Source: Acidobacteriota bacterium (GTDB taxonomy: Bacteria > Acidobacteriota > UBA890 > WLXD01). Taken from it: 64,000 bases of DNA. The stretch lies in assembly GCA_963666215.2 (NCBI GenBank), contig CAXWPL010000002.1:192001-256000 (forward strand), written 5' to 3'. The position numbers were made by a program, and so were the translations under genes. This document shows positions 60,485 to 64,000 of the stretch, piece by piece. Every line of letters starts with the position of its first letter. Position 1 is the first letter of the stretch. The notes below the pieces were generated by a model, which was not told the origin of the DNA, ran no database searches, and saw nothing but the letters and a program-made list of their open reading frames with translations.

Positions 60485-61555
60485 ATGTCGATCGACGTAC
60501 TTTCCGCCAACGCCTCTTCCGACGCGCTCGAAACTCAGGCGTCTCTGGACACCGCCGCGCTCGCCGGTGTGCATGGCTCGTCCGACGCTGACGACCCTAT
60601 GGAATTGGCGATTCAGGCGAAACAGCTGCGCAAGGATTTCGGCGCGTTGGCGGCGGTCGACGGCGTGGACTTCGGTGTTCGTCGTGGTGAGTGCTTCGGC
60701 TTCCTGGGTGTCAACGGAGCCGGCAAGACGACCACGATCAGGATGATCCAGTGTCTCTCGCCGCCCACCTCAGGCGAGCTACGTGTGCTCGGGATGGATG
60801 TGCAAGGTCAGGCCCGCCGTATCAAGTCGCGTCTGGGCGTGGTGCCGCAGCAGGACAACGTCGATCCCGACCTGCGAGTGCGTGAGAATCTGCTCGTTTA
60901 CGCCCGCTACTTCGGCATTCCGCGGAGGAAAGCGCGCGCTCGGGCCGATGAGTTGCTCGAGTTCGTGCAGCTGGACGAGCGCGCTGAATCGCCCGTGACG
61001 TCGCTGTCGGGAGGAATGAAGCGGCGGCTGGTGCTGGCGCGGGCGATGATCAACCGGCCGGAGCTCATGCTGCTCGACGAGCCGACGACGGGTCTCGATC
61101 CCCAAGCCCGTCACCTCGTCTGGAGTCGGCTTCGACGGCTGCGCAGCGCCGGCGTCACAACGCTTCTGACGACGCACTACATGGAGGAAGCTGCGCAACT
61201 GTGCGACCGCGTGGCGATCATTGACGGCGGACGGCTGCTCGCCGTAGGCGAGCCTGAGGCGCTGGTGACCGAGCACGTGGGCCGTGTGTGCATCGAAATC
61301 CGCCCGGCGCCCGGCGGTCGGCAGCAGCTGCACGCCGTGCTTCAAGGGTTGTCCGGACAGAGACAAGAAGTCGGCGACACCGTTTATCTGTACCCGGGCG
61401 AACACGACTCGGAGGCTGACTGGCGAGCCCTGCAAGCGCTGCCGAACCAGCGGCTCGTTCACCGTCCTGCGGCGCTCGAGGATTTGTTTCTGCGGCTAAC
61501 GGGTCGAGATCCCGAGACCTCGGCGTCTCCGCGCCGGGGAGACCTCGATGAGTAG
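60485..61555 (+). CDS. ABC-2 exporter ATP-binding subunit (NodI/DrrA type)
   Basis: GVNGAGKTT, LSGGMKRR and LLDEPTTGLD. Start may be 60599. Confidence 0.93.
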   Translation: MSIDVLSANASSDALETQASLDTAALAGVHGSSDADDPMELAIQAKQLRKDFGALAAVDGVDFGVRRGECFGFLGVNGAGKTTTIRMIQCLSPPTSGELRVLGMDVQGQARRIKSRLGVVPQQDNVDPDLRVRENLLVYARYFGIPRRKARARADELLEFVQLDERAESPVTSLSGGMKRRLVLARAMINRPELMLLDEPTTGLDPQARHLVWSRLRRLRSAGVTTLLTTHYMEEAAQLCDRVAIIDGGRLLAVGEPEALVTEHVGRVCIEIRPAPGGRQQLHAVLQGLSGQRQEVGDTVYLYPGEHDSEADWRALQALPNQRLVHRPAALEDLFLRLTGRDPETSASPRRGDLDE

Positions 61556-61605
61556 CGCCGGGAGCCGCCGGTGAGGCGCGATAGGCGCCGCAGGGTGGGC
61601 GAGCG

Positions 61606-62400
61606 ATGAGCGGCGCCGGGTTCGCGTGGCTTGTTGATGGGTTGCCTTCTTATCGCGCCGCTCGCGTCTGGCGGCGCAACGCAACGACCTACCGGCGCGT
61701 CTGGCCCGGCAATCTGCTCGGCCATCTGGCCGATCCGCTCTTCTACCTCGGCGTGCTCGGCTACGGCGTCGGTGCGTTCATGCCCGACGTCGATGGCGTT
61801 CCTTACGTTGTCTTCCTGGTGCCTGGTCTGGTGGCGGCTGCGGGAATGGCGTCGGCTTGTTTCGAAGGCGCGTTCTCGTCGTACTTTCGGCTGCACACAC
61901 AAGGCACGTTCGACGGGATTCTGGCCACGCCGGTCAGCCTGGCCGATCTGGCCGCCGGGGAGACGGTCTGGGCGGCGACCAAGGGGGCCATCAGTGCTCT
62001 GGCGACGCTCGGCGTTGCGGCCGCTTTCGGGCTGGTGCCCACCTGGTGGGGTCTGCTGATCGTGCCTATCGCACTGCTTCAGGGGATCTTTTTCGGGGCG
62101 CTGTCGCTCGCAATCGCCGCGCATATGGAATCGATGGATCACCTGAACCATTTCTACGCACTCTTCATCATGCCGGCGATGTTCGTGTCGGATGTCTTCT
62201 TCCCCATCGAGCGCCTGCCAGCCGCAGTGCAAACACTGGCTCTGGCATCGCCGTTGACCCACGCGGTGCACCTGGCACGTCCGCTCAGTCAGGGAGCGGT
62301 GCCGGCGGATTGGCTCCTCGAGCTGCTGTGGCTGGCGCTCGCGGGAGCAGCCGGGCTGGCGCTGGCGACATGGAGCTTGCGGCGCCGACTGATCGTCTGA
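61606..62400 (+). CDS. ABC-2 exporter permease (NodJ type)
   Basis: VWRRN, PLFYL, Y..FLVPGL and FFPIE.LP. Confidence 0.92.
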   Translation: MSGAGFAWLVDGLPSYRAARVWRRNATTYRRVWPGNLLGHLADPLFYLGVLGYGVGAFMPDVDGVPYVVFLVPGLVAAAGMASACFEGAFSSYFRLHTQGTFDGILATPVSLADLAAGETVWAATKGAISALATLGVAAAFGLVPTWWGLLIVPIALLQGIFFGALSLAIAAHMESMDHLNHFYALFIMPAMFVSDVFFPIERLPAAVQTLALASPLTHAVHLARPLSQGAVPADWLLELLWLALAGAAGLALATWSLRRRLIV

Positions 62401-62478
62401 ACGGCATGAAATTCTCATTCGCACCGCGGACACGGCCCCGTCGGGCCGAAAGTCGTTTCGTGTGGGATAATTCCGCGC

Positions 62479-63447
62479 ATGCTTGACCTCCCGACACATC
62501 CGGACCCTGGTTCTGGCCAAGCTGCTGTTGGGGTGCGCGCACGCAAGCCCGATTGGCTTAGAGTGCGTCCTCCTGGCGGCACGGAGTACACGTTCATCAA
62601 GGGACTCCTCCGCGAGCGGGGCTTGCACACGGTCTGCGAGGAGGCTCGCTGTCCCAACGTCGCCGAGTGCTGGAGTGGTGGAACCGCCACTTTCATGCTG
62701 CTGGGAGACATTTGTACTCGCGGCTGTCGGTTTTGCGCCGTGACCACCGGCAACCCCGGCGGACTTGTGGATCCGGTCGAGCCCAACAAGCTGGCCGACG
62801 CGGTGGCGTTGATGGCACTGCGCTACGTCGTGCTGACGATGGTCGATCGCGATGACCTTGCCGACGGCGGCGCCGCGCACGTCGGTCGAGCCGTGCGTGC
62901 GATCAAGGCACGTGTGCCCCACACGATCGTCGAAGCACTGGTTGGGGACTTCTCCGGGGAGGGCGATCCGATCGATGCGGTCTGCGCTTCCGGGGTTGAG
63001 GTCTTCGCCCATAACATCGAGACCGTGGAGCGCCTGCAGCGGACGGCGCGTGATCAGCGCTGCGGCTATCAGCAGTCGCTCGATGTGCTCGAGCACGCCA
63101 AGCGCCACGTCAGCCTGCCGTACACCAAGTCGTCGCTCATGCTCGGCCTGGGCGAACAGGACGATGAGGTGGTGCGGACGATGCGCGATCTTCGTGATGT
63201 CGGCGTCGACTTTCTGACGCTCGGTCAGTATCTGCAGCCCACGCCTCGACATCTCGCCGTGGAGCAGTACGTCACCCCGGAACGTTTCGACGCGCTGCGG
63301 CGAGTCGGCGAGAAGCTGGGCTTCCTGTACGTTGCCGCCGGCCCGCTGGTGCGCAGCTCCTACAAGGCTGCCGAATTCTTCATCGAGAGCCTGATTCGCG
63401 ATTCCAATTCAGACCTCACGGCCGGCATACAGTCGGCGCGCGCTTGA
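62479..63447 (+). CDS. lipA: Lipoyl synthase
   Basis: CEEARCPNVAEC, CTRGCRFC and RSSY. Confidence 0.97.
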   Translation: MLDLPTHPDPGSGQAAVGVRARKPDWLRVRPPGGTEYTFIKGLLRERGLHTVCEEARCPNVAECWSGGTATFMLLGDICTRGCRFCAVTTGNPGGLVDPVEPNKLADAVALMALRYVVLTMVDRDDLADGGAAHVGRAVRAIKARVPHTIVEALVGDFSGEGDPIDAVCASGVEVFAHNIETVERLQRTARDQRCGYQQSLDVLEHAKRHVSLPYTKSSLMLGLGEQDDEVVRTMRDLRDVGVDFLTLGQYLQPTPRHLAVEQYVTPERFDALRRVGEKLGFLYVAAGPLVRSSYKAAEFFIESLIRDSNSDLTAGIQSARA

Positions 63448-63457
63448 AGCAGGGACG

Positions 63458-64000
63458 ATGGGCGAAGACCGCACACTGACAAGCGACGGTCCAATCGATG
63501 AAGGTGGCGAACGCGCCGATCTTGATGCCCCCGAGGCTTCAGGCGAAGCCGCAAACGAAGTGGACGACGACCACTCGGTGGACACCGCTCCGGTGGAGCT
63601 CGGTGATCTGGAGCCGTTGATCCGCCTGTTCGAGACGCTCGCCGTCGCCGAGCGCGTCGACAACGAGTGTCAGCGCTTGCAGACCTCCGGCGTGCTGTCT
63701 TTCTACGTTCCGGGCGGCGCCCAGAACGCGGTTTCTGCCGCCGTGGGGTGCACTCTCGAGGAGGGCGACTGGGCCTACCCTTCCTACCGTGACCTGGCCA
63801 TGTACTTGGCGCGTGGTGGCGCGCCTCGAGCTCTGTTCGACCAGTTGCTCGCCAACGGTCGCGACCCGGCGGCTGGCCGGCAACTGCCGGGTCGTTTTTC
63901 GCTTCCCGGCGGTCGGTATGTTTCCGTATCCGGCGCGCTGGGAACCCAGATTCCGCAGGCCGTTGGCACGGGTATCGCGATGCAGCTGCGAGGCGATCAC
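63458..64000 (+). CDS. 2-oxoacid dehydrogenase E1 alpha subunit (PDH/BCKDH), partial (runs off window end)
   Basis: Not in the ORF track. My translation includes LSFY, DWAYPSYRD, DPAAGRQLP and LGTQIPQAVG. Adjacent to lipA. Confidence 0.85.
   Translation, partial: MGEDRTLTSDGPIDEGGERADLDAPEASGEAANEVDDDHSVDTAPVELGDLEPLIRLFETLAVAERVDNECQRLQTSGVLSFYVPGGAQNAVSAAVGCTLEEGDWAYPSYRDLAMYLARGGAPRALFDQLLANGRDPAAGRQLPGRFSLPGGRYVSVSGALGTQIPQAVGTGIAMQLRGDH

Overview
GC-rich bacterial chromosome segment. The GWxTD, VWA, carboxypeptidase-regulatory TonB receptor and TPR/FG-GAP/ASPIC proteins suggest Acidobacteriota, but this is inference only. Most of the window is housekeeping: yggS, rqcH, gap-pgk-tpiA-secG-tRNA-Leu, xdhC/mocA, selD (Sec-encoding, with SECIS) and selB, tatA, thiolase/hbd, envC, an rpoD-like sigma, ggt, nrdJ with NrdR boxes, malic enzyme, ferredoxin, thyA-folA, a NodIJ-type ABC exporter, lipA and a 2-oxoacid dehydrogenase E1 alpha. 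Four things stand out. (1) A clean 2591-bp IS1-family transporter element (20-bp perfect IRs, 8-bp TSD) carries a small basic protein and a tightly linked three-gene cassette ending in a Cys/His papain-like protein; this is my best candidate for an undescribed mobile toxin-antitoxin or defence system. (2) A ~16-kb minus-strand nucleoside/DNA catabolism cluster includes a TonB receptor, TPR and GWxTD proteins and a DeoC with a microcompartment-type N-terminal extension. (3) A surface module is built around a matrixin-like protein whose whole zinc motif is replaced. (4) There is a tRNA-Leu with anticodon AAG, plus many lesions (three deletions, two frameshifts, a probable premature amber) that could be real decay or sequencing/assembly error. 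All calls come from motif recognition by eye; no searches were run.
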